Notes: generated by a model not told the origin, from the letters alone. Positions 32,482 through 42,505 are shown, numbered from the stretch's first letter. The stretch is DNA of 64,000 nucleotides from Gemmatimonadota bacterium (GCA_003221035.1 QHUB01000025.1:8614-72613), one strand, 5' to 3'. Numbers and translations are program-made.

Positions 32482-33488
32482 GGGAGCACCTCCCAGGTGC
32501 GTTCGCTGTTCAGCAGTGCGTCCAGGTCTCCGCCCTTTACTCCCTGTGCGGCGCCGGGTTGAGCATAGACGTCGTGCTCGTACGACGCGGCCGGGTTGCA
32601 ATACAGCACGCCCATCGCCGTCGGGAACGGCGGCTCCAGCGTGGCGAGCAGCTGAGCCAAGGGGCGATTGGTTTCGTCGTGCACCAGGATGTCGGCCGCA
32701 GTCGCGTCCACTACCTCGAGCGTCAATGAGCCCGGCTTCAGCCGCAGCGCCTTCTCCTTGTTCTTGCCGAACACCAGCGGCTTGCCGTGCTCGACCAGGA
32801 CCTGCGCGTCGGCCGCGAACTCCTTGCCCGTGATATGCTCGAACACCGCGTCGTTGAACACGACGCAATTCTGCAGAATCTCCAGGAACGACGCGCCGCG
32901 GTGCGCGTGCGCGCGCTTCAACACCGCGATCAGATGCGCCTGCAACGTGTCGATGGAGCGCGCGACGAATCGGGCGCCCGCACCCAACGCAAAGGCGCAT
33001 GCCGAGACCGGATTTTCGATCGAGCCCAGGGGCGTCGAAGGTGAGCGCGTGCCACGGCGCGACGTCGGCGAGTACTGGCCTTTGGTGAGGCCGTAAATCT
33101 CATTGTTGAAGAGCACGATGTTCAGGTCGACATTGCGACGCAGCACGTGCAGCATGTGATTGCCGCCGATCGACAGGCCGTCGCCGTCGCCGGTCATCAC
33201 CCACACGTCCAGATCTGGATTCGCGAGCTTGATCCCCGTGGCGATCGCCGGGGCGCGGCCGTGCACGGTGTGGAAGCCGTACGTCGACATATAGTAAGGA
33301 AAGCGCGCGGCGCAGCCGATCCCGCTGACGAACACCGTGCGCTCGCGCGAAAGTCCCATGTCGGCGCAGGCTTTCTGCACCGCCTTGAGAATCGCGTAGT
33401 CGCCGCAGCCCGGACACCAACGGACCTCCTGGTCCGAGGCGTAGTCTTTGGGCGCGAGCTGGGCGTCGGTGATCGTGGTGACGGTCAT
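32478..33488 (-). CDS. korB: 2-oxoacid:ferredoxin oxidoreductase, beta subunit
   Basis: It has WCPGCGDYAIL and a TPP-binding GDGD region. It overlaps korA by 4 nt. Confidence 0.9.
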   Translation of the reverse strand: MTVTTITDAQLAPKDYASDQEVRWCPGCGDYAILKAVQKACADMGLSRERTVFVSGIGCAARFPYYMSTYGFHTVHGRAPAIATGIKLANPDLDVWVMTGDGDGLSIGGNHMLHVLRRNVDLNIVLFNNEIYGLTKGQYSPTSRRGTRSPSTPLGSIENPVSACAFALGAGARFVARSIDTLQAHLIAVLKRAHAHRGASFLEILQNCVVFNDAVFEHITGKEFAADAQVLVEHGKPLVFGKNKEKALRLKPGSLTLEVVDATAADILVHDETNRPLAQLLATLEPPFPTAMGVLYCNPAASYEHDVYAQPGAAQGVKGGDLDALLNSERTWEVLP

Positions 33489-35341
33489 GAGAGCTTCCTG
33501 ATCGCCTGTGCGATGTCGGTCACTCGGAACGGCTTGCCCGTCACTTTGGGCAGCGACTCCGCCGGCAGCAGATACTCCGCGCGCAGCAGCCGCACGAGCT
33601 GGCCGTTGTTCATTTCCGGCACGAGCACGCGACCGTAGCGCTTCAGCAAGTCGCCGAGATTGCGCGGGAACGGGCTGAGATACCGGATGTGAATGTGGGC
33701 GACGTCGCGACCTTCGTCTCGCGCGATCTGCACGGCGCGATGAATCGCACCGAACGTCGACCCCCAGCCGACGACGGCGAGCTTCCCGTGGTCTTCGCCG
33801 AGCGCGACGGCCTGCTCCGGGATATCGCGCGCGACTCCCGCGATCTTGTCGGCGCGCGCCTTGGTCATCCTGGCGTGGTTGTCAGGATCGTACGAGATGT
33901 GGCCCGAATCATAGTCGCGCTCGAGACCGCCAATGCGATGCTCGAGCGTGGGTGTGCCGGGCTTCACCCACGGCCTGGCCAGCGTCTCCGGATCGCGCAG
34001 GAACGGCTGGAATCCTTCCGGATCGGTCCGATAGGTCACCGGAAAGCGCGGCAGATCGGCCTCACGCGGAATCCGCCACGGCTGCGCCGCGTGCGCGAGA
34101 TAGCCATCACTCAACACCATTACCGGGGTCATGTACTTGGTGGCGATGCGAACCGCTTCGATCGCGATATCGAAACAGTCCGCCGTGGTCATGGGGGCGA
34201 GCACGACGAGCGGCGCGTCGGCGTTGCGGCCGTGGACCGCCTGCAGCAGATCCGACTGCTCCGCCTTGGTCGGCATGCCCGTGGACGGACCCGCCCGCTG
34301 CGAATCGATCACGACGAGCGGCAGCTCGGTGGCGATCGCCAGGCCGAGCATCTCCGTCTTGAGCGCAATGCCGGGGCCGGAGCTCGACGTCACGCCGAGC
34401 GCGCCGGCATAGGACGCGCCCAGTGCCGCGCCGGCGGCCGCGATCTCATCCTCAGCCTGGAACGTGACGACGCCATAGGCGCGCAGGTTCGCGAGCGTAT
34501 GCAGCAAGGCGGAAGCCGGTGTGATCGGATAGCCCGCGAACACGAGCTTCTCGACCCCAGAGGCGCGCAGTCCGGCGACCAATCCCCAGGCCAGTCCTTC
34601 GGTGCCGGTGATGGTGCGGTAACGGCCCGGGCGCACGTCCGCCTTCGGTACCGTATAGCCGACCAGGTGCTCGGTCATTTCCGCGGTTTCGCCGAATGCG
34701 TGGCCCGCATTCAGCGCCGCGATGTTCGCCTCGGCGATGAGCGGCTTCTTGGCGAATTTCTTCTTGAGCCACTCGACGGACGCGGTGCGCTCGTAGCCGT
34801 ACATCCAGAGCAGCAAGCCGAGCGCCCACATATTCCGGCAGAGGTGCGCCTCGCGGGATGACAGGCCGTGCGGCTTCACGGCGTCGGCGGTCAACTTGGT
34901 GATGTCGAACTTCAAGACCTGATAGCGCGCAAGCGAGTCGTCTTCGAGCGGGCTCCTGGTGTAGCCGGCCTTGGTCAGATTGCGCTCCGTGAAGGCCGCG
35001 GTATCGACAATCACCGTCCCGCCGACCAGCAGGTCGTTCAGCTCGACGGTGAGTGCGGCAGGATTCATCGCGACGAGCACATCCACCGCGTCGCCCGGAG
35101 TCATGACGTCGCCGCCGCCGAAATGAATCTGGAACGCCGAGACGCCGAACGTCGTGCCGGTCGGCGCGCGGATTTCCGCGGGGAAATCCGGGAACGTGGA
35201 GAAGTCGCTGCCGGCGAGTGCGGTCTCGAGTGTGAACTGGCTGCCGGTGACCTGCATGCCGTCGCCGGAATCACCGGCGAACCGGATCACAACCGAGTCG
35301 CGGGATTCGCGTTGGGGAGGGCGGACGACCGTAGACGTCAT
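33485..35341 (-). CDS. korA: 2-oxoacid:ferredoxin oxidoreductase, alpha subunit
   Basis: The 618-aa product has the fused gamma/alpha-type layout typical of two-subunit KorAB enzymes. Confidence 0.9.
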   Translation of the reverse strand: MTSTVVRPPQRESRDSVVIRFAGDSGDGMQVTGSQFTLETALAGSDFSTFPDFPAEIRAPTGTTFGVSAFQIHFGGGDVMTPGDAVDVLVAMNPAALTVELNDLLVGGTVIVDTAAFTERNLTKAGYTRSPLEDDSLARYQVLKFDITKLTADAVKPHGLSSREAHLCRNMWALGLLLWMYGYERTASVEWLKKKFAKKPLIAEANIAALNAGHAFGETAEMTEHLVGYTVPKADVRPGRYRTITGTEGLAWGLVAGLRASGVEKLVFAGYPITPASALLHTLANLRAYGVVTFQAEDEIAAAGAALGASYAGALGVTSSSGPGIALKTEMLGLAIATELPLVVIDSQRAGPSTGMPTKAEQSDLLQAVHGRNADAPLVVLAPMTTADCFDIAIEAVRIATKYMTPVMVLSDGYLAHAAQPWRIPREADLPRFPVTYRTDPEGFQPFLRDPETLARPWVKPGTPTLEHRIGGLERDYDSGHISYDPDNHARMTKARADKIAGVARDIPEQAVALGEDHGKLAVVGWGSTFGAIHRAVQIARDEGRDVAHIHIRYLSPFPRNLGDLLKRYGRVLVPEMNNGQLVRLLRAEYLLPAESLPKVTGKPFRVTDIAQAIRKLS

Positions 35342-35350
35342 GTCGGTAAT

Positions 35351-36274
35351 CTATACGACGTTTCGGAGGACGAACCACACATTGGCGGGGCGTTCGGCAA
35401 GCCGCCGCATATACCAGGCGAACCAGGCACTCCCGTAGCTGACCAGAACCCGGACTTCCGCTCCCATCGCGGCGAGCTTGCGCTGCTCCTGCGCGCGGAT
35501 CCCATAGAGCATATGAAATTCGTAAGAAGACGGATCGACCCGCTGACCCACCGCCGCCTTTCGAATGAACTCGATGATCGCCAGATCGTGGGTGCCGAAG
35601 ACCGGTTTGGCGCGCTGCCGGGCCGCCTCCGCCAGCAGCCGCTTGGCGAGCTGCCGGTAGTTCTCATCCACGTCGGATTTCTTGGGGAACGCGAGATTGG
35701 CCGGCTCGTTGTACGCGCCCTTGACGAGCCGGATCGCCGGGGAGATTGCGAGCAGGGCCTCGAGATCCTTCGCGGTGCGGTGCAGGTAAGCCTGAAGGCA
35801 GACGCCGACGTTCGGCCACTCAGTCTTGGCCCGGCGATATACCTCGAGCGTGGCGTCGACGTACCGCGACTCCTCCATGTCGATCCACAAAAACGAGCGC
35901 GCCTGGTCGGCGCGAGCAGCGAGCTTGAGCACGTCTTGTATGCATCCCTCCTGGCTCGCGTCGAGGCCGAGGTGGGTGAGCTTGACCGAGACGTGCGCGG
36001 GCAGCTTGCGGCGTTGAATCTTTTCGTAGACACCGAGGTAATGATCGCGGACCGCCGCGGCCTCGGCACGATTCGTGACCTGCTCGCCCAACTCGGTGAG
36101 CACGGTCCCGAGGCCGGCTTTGGCAAATTGGCCCGTGGCTTCCAGCGCCTCGTCGAGCGACTCGCCCGGCATGAAGCGCTTGACGGCGCGCTGGAAGAAG
36201 CGGCGCTCGCGCAGCTGGCGGGCGAGCCATTCGCTGCGGGAGGCTTTGAGGAGGAGTGAGCGTGCGAATCCCAT
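35351..36274 (-). CDS. Proline dehydrogenase (monofunctional PutA-type)
   Basis: It is a TIM-barrel ProDH family member (KRFMPGESLDEAL, VSVKLTHLG, HDLAII..). It ends 9 nt upstream of korA. Confidence 0.8.
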   Translation of the reverse strand: MGFARSLLLKASRSEWLARQLRERRFFQRAVKRFMPGESLDEALEATGQFAKAGLGTVLTELGEQVTNRAEAAAVRDHYLGVYEKIQRRKLPAHVSVKLTHLGLDASQEGCIQDVLKLAARADQARSFLWIDMEESRYVDATLEVYRRAKTEWPNVGVCLQAYLHRTAKDLEALLAISPAIRLVKGAYNEPANLAFPKKSDVDENYRQLAKRLLAEAARQRAKPVFGTHDLAIIEFIRKAAVGQRVDPSSYEFHMLYGIRAQEQRKLAAMGAEVRVLVSYGSAWFAWYMRRLAERPANVWFVLRNVV

Positions 36275-36303
36275 GCAGAGATAGTGTAGTGTATCGTTAT
36301 TTC

Positions 36304-37572
36304 ATGCCAGCGCACCGTGTCCCGCTGATCGGGCTCGCACTCGTTGCGGCCTGCGCCCACCCACGGCTCAGCCCGAACACCGGCGGGGCAGGCGTCGCCG
36401 GAGTCCGCGAAGCGCCCGACGAGAGCTGCCTGCTTTCCACCGGCAACGTCTCGAGTCACGCCACGACGATCACCATCGGATTGACCGACTCTGTGGACCC
36501 GCGGCACGCGCCGGTCCCGCGCAACGACGCCGAGCGTCTGGTATTCCGGCATTTGTACGAGCGGCCGATCCGGATCGACTGCGACAATCATCCGCGTGCC
36601 GAGCTCGCCGATAAGTGGGACAAGGAGGACGATGGCCGTCGCTGGACGCTCCGGTTGCGCGACGCTGCGCAGTTCTGGGACGGCGTGCCTCTCACCGCGC
36701 AGGACGTCGTGTTCGGCAAAGGCGGCGCCGGCTTCACGCTGGGCGCGCCGGAGACTCGCGTCGTCGCCGTGTCCCTCGCCAAGGCGCAGGGCGACGTGCC
36801 GGCCGTCCTGGGCGATCCCGGGCTCGCCATCACCCGGCCGGCGCCCGACTCGAGCTGGCCGATCGGCACCGGCACCTACTGGGCCACGAGCGCCACGACG
36901 ACAGCGCAGCAAATCCGCGCGCACACCTCCCGCGGGGACACCATCGTCTTCAAGTTCGCGCCGACCGGCGACCCGCGCGATCTCCTCGACGCGGGGGTCG
37001 ATCTGCTTCTCACGCGCGACCGCGCGCTCCGCGACTACGCGGCGACGTTGCCCAATCACACCGTCGTCGCGCTGCCGTGGGACCGCACCTACGTCTACGT
37101 CACCGCCGAAGCCGGCGGGACGCGGTTCGACGGATTGGAGCAATCGGTGCGCGCCGAGGCGCGACGCGCCGAGGGCGGTTTCTGGTGGCTCGATCTCAAG
37201 CCCTGTGGTATCGGCACGAAGACTGCGAGCTCGCCGCCGGCGTCCACGGGTCAGAAGCGTATCCTGTATACGCGAACCGATCCCACCGCCCGAGAGCTGG
37301 CGGGTCGCCTGGCCGCCTTGACTCACGGAGTGGCCACCGGCCGCTCGCCGGACGACTTCAGCAACGCGCTCGATGCCGGGCGGGATTGGGGCTACGTGGT
37401 CGCGCTCCCGCGCGTCGCCCCCGATGTATGTCGAGCGGCAAAAGACCTGTTGCCGTCCTGGCCTGCCACGTTCACGGCGCTCGTCGATACGCGGGCCACC
37501 GCCATCGTGCGCCGCGGAGTCGCGCGGTGGGTGGTAGATCAGGATGGGACCGTCCATCTCTTGCCCGAGTAG
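36304..37572 (+). CDS. Lipoprotein resembling family-5 solute-binding protein, likely sensory partner of the adjacent kinase
   Basis: It has a lipobox LVAAC and the SBP_bac_5-like segment LADKWDKEDDGRRWTLRLRDAAQFWDGVPLTAQDV. Confidence 0.7.
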   Translation: MPAHRVPLIGLALVAACAHPRLSPNTGGAGVAGVREAPDESCLLSTGNVSSHATTITIGLTDSVDPRHAPVPRNDAERLVFRHLYERPIRIDCDNHPRAELADKWDKEDDGRRWTLRLRDAAQFWDGVPLTAQDVVFGKGGAGFTLGAPETRVVAVSLAKAQGDVPAVLGDPGLAITRPAPDSSWPIGTGTYWATSATTTAQQIRAHTSRGDTIVFKFAPTGDPRDLLDAGVDLLLTRDRALRDYAATLPNHTVVALPWDRTYVYVTAEAGGTRFDGLEQSVRAEARRAEGGFWWLDLKPCGIGTKTASSPPASTGQKRILYTRTDPTARELAGRLAALTHGVATGRSPDDFSNALDAGRDWGYVVALPRVAPDVCRAAKDLLPSWPATFTALVDTRATAIVRRGVARWVVDQDGTVHLLPE

Positions 37573-37575
37573 CGC

Positions 37576-39069
37576 GTGAAATTCCGCACGCGCCTCCTCA
37601 TCTCGTTTGGGGTGGTGGTGCTGATCCCACTGCTCGTCTTCGGTCTGGGCATCCGCTGGGAAATGGCGCGTCGCGTCACCGGCGAGGACCAACGCCGGGT
37701 GAGGGCGCTGGCGGGCGTCATCAATGCCGACATCGCGCGTGAGGACGACCGAATTCGCGGGCGGCTGGCCGCCTTGAAACGCGCGCTCGACGACGACTAC
37801 AAGTTCCGCGGCGTCGTCGTCCGCGGCGACGACCGGGGCTACGCCCTGGATTACGCGGGCAACGCGATGCGCGTGGCCGGCCTCGATTTCCTGCAGATCC
37901 AGGACGATGAGGGTCGCATCGTGTCGTCCGGCCATTTCCGCAATGAATTCGACCGCCTGGGGCCTGCGCTTCCCGGCGCGGGGCCGGTTCTCGTTCGTGC
38001 CGCCACCGCGGAGGGATCGTTCCTTGCGCTCGTCTCGAGCGACACCATGAGCATCGGCGTCCGCCGCTTCCGGCTCCTCGGCGGCGTCGCCGTCGACTCC
38101 CAGTTTCTCGCGCGGCTGGCGCGCGATCCGGAGCTCGGCGTCAGGCTGTCACTGCCGAACGACACATCCAACGCCGATTCCGGCAAGATCGTCGTCGGCC
38201 CACCGACGACGTTGCCCTACGTGGATGCGGTCGACGGGCCGGGGCGGGTCGAGCAGGCGCGGATCGTGGTGACGCGCTCCTCCGCTCTGCTGACAGCGCT
38301 GCAGCGCAACGTCAACCTGTGGTTCGCCGCCGCCGTGCTGATTGCCGCGCTGGCCGCGCTCCTCTTGGCCGGCTGGCTCTCGACCCGCATCAGCGAGCCC
38401 GTCGAAGCGCGCATCGGAGACATGGAACGCCGGATCGCGATCGGTGATCTCGCGCGCCAGGTGAATCACGACGTGAAGAACGGGCTCGCGCCGCTGCGCA
38501 ACGTGTTCCGCCATCTCACGCAAGTGGCTCGCGACAAGCCCGCCGAACTGCCCCAGGTATTTACGGCGCGCCAGGGGACGGTAGAATCGAGCATCGATTA
38601 CCTCGAGACGCTCGCGGCCAATTACGCCAAGCTGTCGCCTGCGCCCGAGCGTAAAGCCACCGATGTGAACGCGGTCGTGCGTGAGACAATCGGCGGCTCG
38701 ACTCTCGTCAAAGCGAGGCTCGGCGAAGGGCTGCCGCCCGTCTCGGCCGACGCGCTCGTCCTGCGACGGATCATCGAGAACCTGGTGAGCAACGCAGTCG
38801 ACAGCATCGACGGCAAGAGCGGCTCGGTCACGGTCACAACGGAGAAGGGACGCGGGCTGGTGCGGATCGCCGTGAGCGACACGGGACGGGGAATGACCAA
38901 AGCGGAGCTGGATAAAGCATTTGACGACTTCTACACAACCAAGGCCGGCGGTACTGGTCTCGGGCTGTCAATCGTGAGGCGGCTGGTACTGGATTCAAAT
39001 GGCTCGCTGAAGGTGGAAACCGAGCCCGGGGAAGGATCTACGTTCATCGTCGAGATCCCGGCGCAGTGA
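37576..39069 (+). CDS. Sensor histidine kinase (NtrB/AtoS-like H-box)
   Basis: It has two TM helices flanking a periplasmic domain, an H-box ARQVNHDVKNGLAPL, and N/G boxes (ENLVSNAVDS, DTGRGM, GGTGLGLS). Confidence 0.85.
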   Translation: MKFRTRLLISFGVVVLIPLLVFGLGIRWEMARRVTGEDQRRVRALAGVINADIAREDDRIRGRLAALKRALDDDYKFRGVVVRGDDRGYALDYAGNAMRVAGLDFLQIQDDEGRIVSSGHFRNEFDRLGPALPGAGPVLVRAATAEGSFLALVSSDTMSIGVRRFRLLGGVAVDSQFLARLARDPELGVRLSLPNDTSNADSGKIVVGPPTTLPYVDAVDGPGRVEQARIVVTRSSALLTALQRNVNLWFAAAVLIAALAALLLAGWLSTRISEPVEARIGDMERRIAIGDLARQVNHDVKNGLAPLRNVFRHLTQVARDKPAELPQVFTARQGTVESSIDYLETLAANYAKLSPAPERKATDVNAVVRETIGGSTLVKARLGEGLPPVSADALVLRRIIENLVSNAVDSIDGKSGSVTVTTEKGRGLVRIAVSDTGRGMTKAELDKAFDDFYTTKAGGTGLGLSIVRRLVLDSNGSLKVETEPGEGSTFIVEIPAQ

Positions 39070-40445
39070 CTCTCGTCCTGATCGTCGACGACGTCCCGGC
39101 CATGGCGGAGCAGTATGCCTACGACTTAAAACGGCTGCGGGGATACGAGACGCTCATTGCGAAGAGCGGCCGCACGGCGTTGGAGAGCCTCACCCGGGAC
39201 TCCATCGATTGCGTCATCCTCGATCTCGAAATGCCGGGCATGGACGGTTTCGAGGTCCTGCGCTCGGTCGAACGCCTCGGTCTGCGCGTGCCCATCATCG
39301 TCTATACCGGGACCGGCAATTACGATCGCTGCGTCGAGGCGATACGACTGGGTGCGTACAGCTTCATCGACAAGGCGGAGCCGATGGAGCGCGTCGCACA
39401 GGAGGTCGAGAATGCGATCGAACGGCGCCGGCTGAGCGCTGAGGTCACGTCGCTGCGCCGTGGCTTTGGTCTGGAGACGCCGCTCATCGGAACGAGCCCC
39501 GCGCTGAGCAAGCTCAAAGAAGCGATCGTCCGCGTAGCCCCGGTGCCAAGCGCGGCCTTGATCGTCGGCGAAAGCGGCACGGGCAAAGAACTGGTCGCGC
39601 GCGAGCTGCACCGGCTTGGCGCGAATCCCAGGGGGCCGTTCGTCGCGCTCAACAGCGCGGCGCTGCCGCACGAGCTCGTCGAAAGCGAGTTGTTCGGGCA
39701 CGAGCGCGGCGCCTTCACCGGCGCCACCGCGACGCGCAAGGGCGCGTTCGAAGCGGCGAGCGGCGGCACGCTGTTCCTCGACGAAATCGGCGATCTGCCG
39801 GCCAACGCGCAGGCCAAGATGCTGCGGGTGCTCGAGGAGCGGAAAGTCACCCGGATCGGCGCGAGCAAGACGATCGACGTGAATGCGCGCGTGGTCGCGG
39901 CGACGCATCGCGATCTCGAGAAGGAAGTCGCCGAGGGCCGCTTCCGCGAGGATCTGTTCTATCGACTCAATGTGCACGTGCTCCGCGTGCCGCCGCTGCG
40001 AGATCGGCTGTCGGATGTCCCGGTGCTGGTGGAACATCTCGTCGCAGCGACGTGCGAGCGATTTGGCATGAAACCCAAGACAGTCGCGCCCGCCGCAGTG
40101 GAGGCGCTGATGGCCTACGACTGGCGGCGCAACAACATCCGCGAGCTGCGCAATGTCGTGGAGCGCATGCTGATCGCGAGCGATGGCGATGAACTGACCG
40201 CGAAAGCGGTACCAGCCGAAGTCCGACGCACGGCGCACGACGCACCACGCACGTCGTCAGCGGAACCACGCACGTTTGAGGAACAGAAGCAGGAAGCCGA
40301 GCGCCAGATCGTGATTCAGGCGTTGGAGCGCAACGCGTGGCATGTCACCAGGACGGCGAAGGAGCTCGGGCTCGCGGATCACGCCAGCTTGCTGAAAGTC
40401 ATGCGGCGGCTTGGTGTCCAGCGCGACACGAAAGCCTCCGAGTAG
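39066..40445 (+). CDS. Sigma54-dependent response regulator (NtrC family)
   Basis: It has a REC domain (DLEMPGMDG) and an AAA+ domain with GESGTGKE and GAFTGA. A C-terminal Fis-type HTH is present. It overlaps the kinase by 4 nt. Confidence 0.9.
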   Translation: MTLVLIVDDVPAMAEQYAYDLKRLRGYETLIAKSGRTALESLTRDSIDCVILDLEMPGMDGFEVLRSVERLGLRVPIIVYTGTGNYDRCVEAIRLGAYSFIDKAEPMERVAQEVENAIERRRLSAEVTSLRRGFGLETPLIGTSPALSKLKEAIVRVAPVPSAALIVGESGTGKELVARELHRLGANPRGPFVALNSAALPHELVESELFGHERGAFTGATATRKGAFEAASGGTLFLDEIGDLPANAQAKMLRVLEERKVTRIGASKTIDVNARVVAATHRDLEKEVAEGRFREDLFYRLNVHVLRVPPLRDRLSDVPVLVEHLVAATCERFGMKPKTVAPAAVEALMAYDWRRNNIRELRNVVERMLIASDGDELTAKAVPAEVRRTAHDAPRTSSAEPRTFEEQKQEAERQIVIQALERNAWHVTRTAKELGLADHASLLKVMRRLGVQRDTKASE

Positions 40446-40553
40446 ACGAGTCTCCAGAAACACAACGGTCAGATCACGGTCTTGTAGGACAAGCACTTAC
40501 CACGTGGTGCGGCACATGCTTTTCCGGTGAGCGAACCCGCTCCCGGAGGAGCC

Positions 40554-41513
40554 ATGTCGTATCAATTCGAGCTGGACCGTTCCAACCGTACGCTGCGATT
40601 CCCGGTCATTCTGATGGCCATGCTGGTCGTCACCGCGTTCGTCGCGTACGCCTTCGCCGCCTGTGGCGAGCGCCATCCCGACCAGGCGCGCGCGAGTGAG
40701 CCCCCTACGGGCTCGGAGCCGGCGCGCAATGTTCCCGTCAGCAATGCCGGCAGCTCGACCACGACGCCGGCGCTCGTCATCAGCGGCCCGGTGACGTTCA
40801 AAATCGCGGATTCCGCGTACCGCGAGCGGCGGTACGATGACGCGACGACGCTCTTCAAGGCCTACACCGAGAGCCGCCCGAACACCGGCTGGGGCTTCTA
40901 CATGCTCGGCCTGTCGGCGTGGAAGTCCGGCGATCGCGCGCAGGCCGAAAGCGCGTTCGTGCGGGCGCTCACGCTCGATTCAACGCATGTGAAGAGTCAT
41001 TTGAATCTGAGCCGAGTGCTGCTCGAGGACGGGCAGCCCGACAGCGCGCTCGAACACATCGAGCGGGCGATCGCGCTCGACTCCACGTCGAGCGAGCCGC
41101 TGCGCCTGCAGGGGCGCGCGTTCGAAGCGCTGGGAAAGACTGACGACGCGATCGTCGCCTATCAGCGCGCAATCGCGAAGAACGACAGCGACACATGGGC
41201 GATGAACAATCTTGGCGTGCTGTACATCCAGGTGCAGCGCTTCGAGGATGCGATCGGCGCGCTGGCGCGTGCCAACGAGATCGAGGACAGCGTCGCGGCA
41301 TTCCGCAACAACCTCGGCATGGCGCTCGAATTGACCGGCCACTTCGATCAGGCGGTCGAGCAGTATCGTGCCGCGCTGGCGATCGAGGGAACCTACGGGA
41401 AGGCGGTGTCCAACCTGCAGCGCGTAGAGCAGGTGAAGCAGGATCCGTCAATCACCCAGGTCGATCTGACGGAGCGGTCGAAACAGTTTCAGGATCAGAT
41501 TCCGAAGTGGTGA
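40554..41513 (+). CDS. Membrane-anchored TPR-repeat protein
   Basis: GGAGGA precedes ATG 40554. One TM helix is followed by about six TPR units. Confidence 0.8.
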   Translation: MSYQFELDRSNRTLRFPVILMAMLVVTAFVAYAFAACGERHPDQARASEPPTGSEPARNVPVSNAGSSTTTPALVISGPVTFKIADSAYRERRYDDATTLFKAYTESRPNTGWGFYMLGLSAWKSGDRAQAESAFVRALTLDSTHVKSHLNLSRVLLEDGQPDSALEHIERAIALDSTSSEPLRLQGRAFEALGKTDDAIVAYQRAIAKNDSDTWAMNNLGVLYIQVQRFEDAIGALARANEIEDSVAAFRNNLGMALELTGHFDQAVEQYRAALAIEGTYGKAVSNLQRVEQVKQDPSITQVDLTERSKQFQDQIPKW

Positions 41514-41522
41514 AAAGAGGTA

Positions 41523-41544
41523 GGGGCGCAGCCTGCTGCGTCCC
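41523..41544. repeat. Third copy of the REP-like palindrome (GGGGCGCAGCCTGCTGCGTCCC)
   Basis: It has the same core as the copies at 26474-26529 and shares the 3' flank CCCTACC with copy 2. It lies between convergent genes. Confidence 0.7.
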
Positions 41545-41547
41545 TAC

Positions 41548-42264
41548 CTAATTATCCTGGGCGAGCCGCCTCAAGAACCGGTTGAGGCGGCTTTCGCTGC
41601 TGTGCGGATCTTCGCCGATGTAATCGGCGCGAGTCTCGGCCAACGCCGCATGCAGCTCGATGCGCGCTTCGGCTGCGCGCGCGAACAGCGATGCTTCTTC
41701 TGGCGCCTTGGCTTCGAGCAGGTCCGCGGCGAGCGCGAGCATGCGACCCGCGAATGTCACGTAGGCGCGCACCATGCCGCCACCCGTGCCACCGCGCTCG
41801 ACCCATTCGGGGAAACAGCCCGACCACCACAGCGCGAGTGCCGCCGAGTCCGCGGCGGCCTCTGCCTGCGCAACGGTGCCCTGCGGCAGCCCGCTGACGT
41901 AGTGCCACCACTCGGCCATGCCGTTCTCGCCCTGCGCCACCCTGTGCTGCGACTGTGACTCGGCAAAGACAACGGGGAGTGTGGCCGCATAATCGGCGAG
42001 CAGGATGTCCGTCACACCGCGATTGCGGAGCTCGGCGCGGATCGGGACGTACCAGAGCAGTGTCAGGGGCAGGGGAGCGGGCGCGCCGCCGCGGCCCAGG
42101 ACCGCTTCGAGCGCGGCGGGGGAATCGAGGACCGTATCCACAGCGCCGGCCTGCAGCGCTTGATCGGCCTCGCGTCCTTCGGAGACATCCATCCGCGCGA
42201 TCTCGTGGACCAGACAAGCGAGGTCGCCGCGGGTCAGCTGGCGATGGATCATGGGCCTGATCAT
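41548..42264 (-). CDS. Hypothetical protein (238 aa), divergent from efp
   Basis: Its composition is balanced compared with the overlapping R/P-rich alternative frame (41552-42295). No family was recognised. Confidence 0.6.
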   Translation of the reverse strand: MIRPMIHRQLTRGDLACLVHEIARMDVSEGREADQALQAGAVDTVLDSPAALEAVLGRGGAPAPLPLTLLWYVPIRAELRNRGVTDILLADYAATLPVVFAESQSQHRVAQGENGMAEWWHYVSGLPQGTVAQAEAAADSAALALWWSGCFPEWVERGGTGGGMVRAYVTFAGRMLALAADLLEAKAPEEASLFARAAEARIELHAALAETRADYIGEDPHSSESRLNRFLRRLAQDN

Positions 42265-42505
42265 GCTTCCCTCCCTTACGGCGACTTAGAGGCAAGCTTG
42301 GTGCCGTTCATCTATCCGACGGATGTGCAACGCCTTACGCTGGAAACCCTCCACCACAGTGTTGCCGCCAGGCTACGGAAAGCTGCAATTCGACGCGGAA
42401 TTGCGTTGTGAGACTGCTCACGGTAGTAAACGGCCTCTTGTCAGGCAAGCTGATAGCACTCGGGGCCTTGGAGTGCTAAGGCTCCAGGTTTAAGTTCCCG
42501 CTCCC

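Noticed and set aside
30942-32729. 595-aa plus-strand ORF spanning the S8 peptidase, terminator and DRR gene region
   Set aside because: It runs antisense to a gene with a complete Asp/His/Ser triad and crosses a terminator hairpin. Its composition is Arg-rich.
33689-36259. 390-aa and 463-aa plus-strand ORFs antisense to korA and proline dehydrogenase
   Set aside because: These are shadow ORFs of strongly supported minus-strand genes and no motifs were found.
35338-37935. 865-aa ORF on the minus strand, the longest in this part of the track
   Set aside because: Its composition is extremely R/P/A/S/G-rich and low in complexity. It overlaps the proline dehydrogenase gene in another frame and runs antisense to the well-supported SBP-like and kinase genes. 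It is a typical high-GC shadow ORF.
40508-40525. Sigma54-like -24/-12 element (tgcGGCACatgctTTTCc) about 30 nt upstream of the TPR gene, right after the NtrC-type activator gene
   Set aside because: The -24 GGCAC and the spacing fit TGGCAC-N5-TTGC, but the invariant -12 GC is TC here. The context makes it attractive, but the core mismatch means I cannot support it as a feature. It is worth a TSS check.
41552-42295. 247-aa alternative frame on the same strand as 41548-42264
   Set aside because: Its composition is R/P/G-rich (PRRARSGPGPRRRARSPAPD...), whereas the chosen frame has a balanced, globular-looking sequence. Neither has a recognised family, so the choice is only moderately confident.
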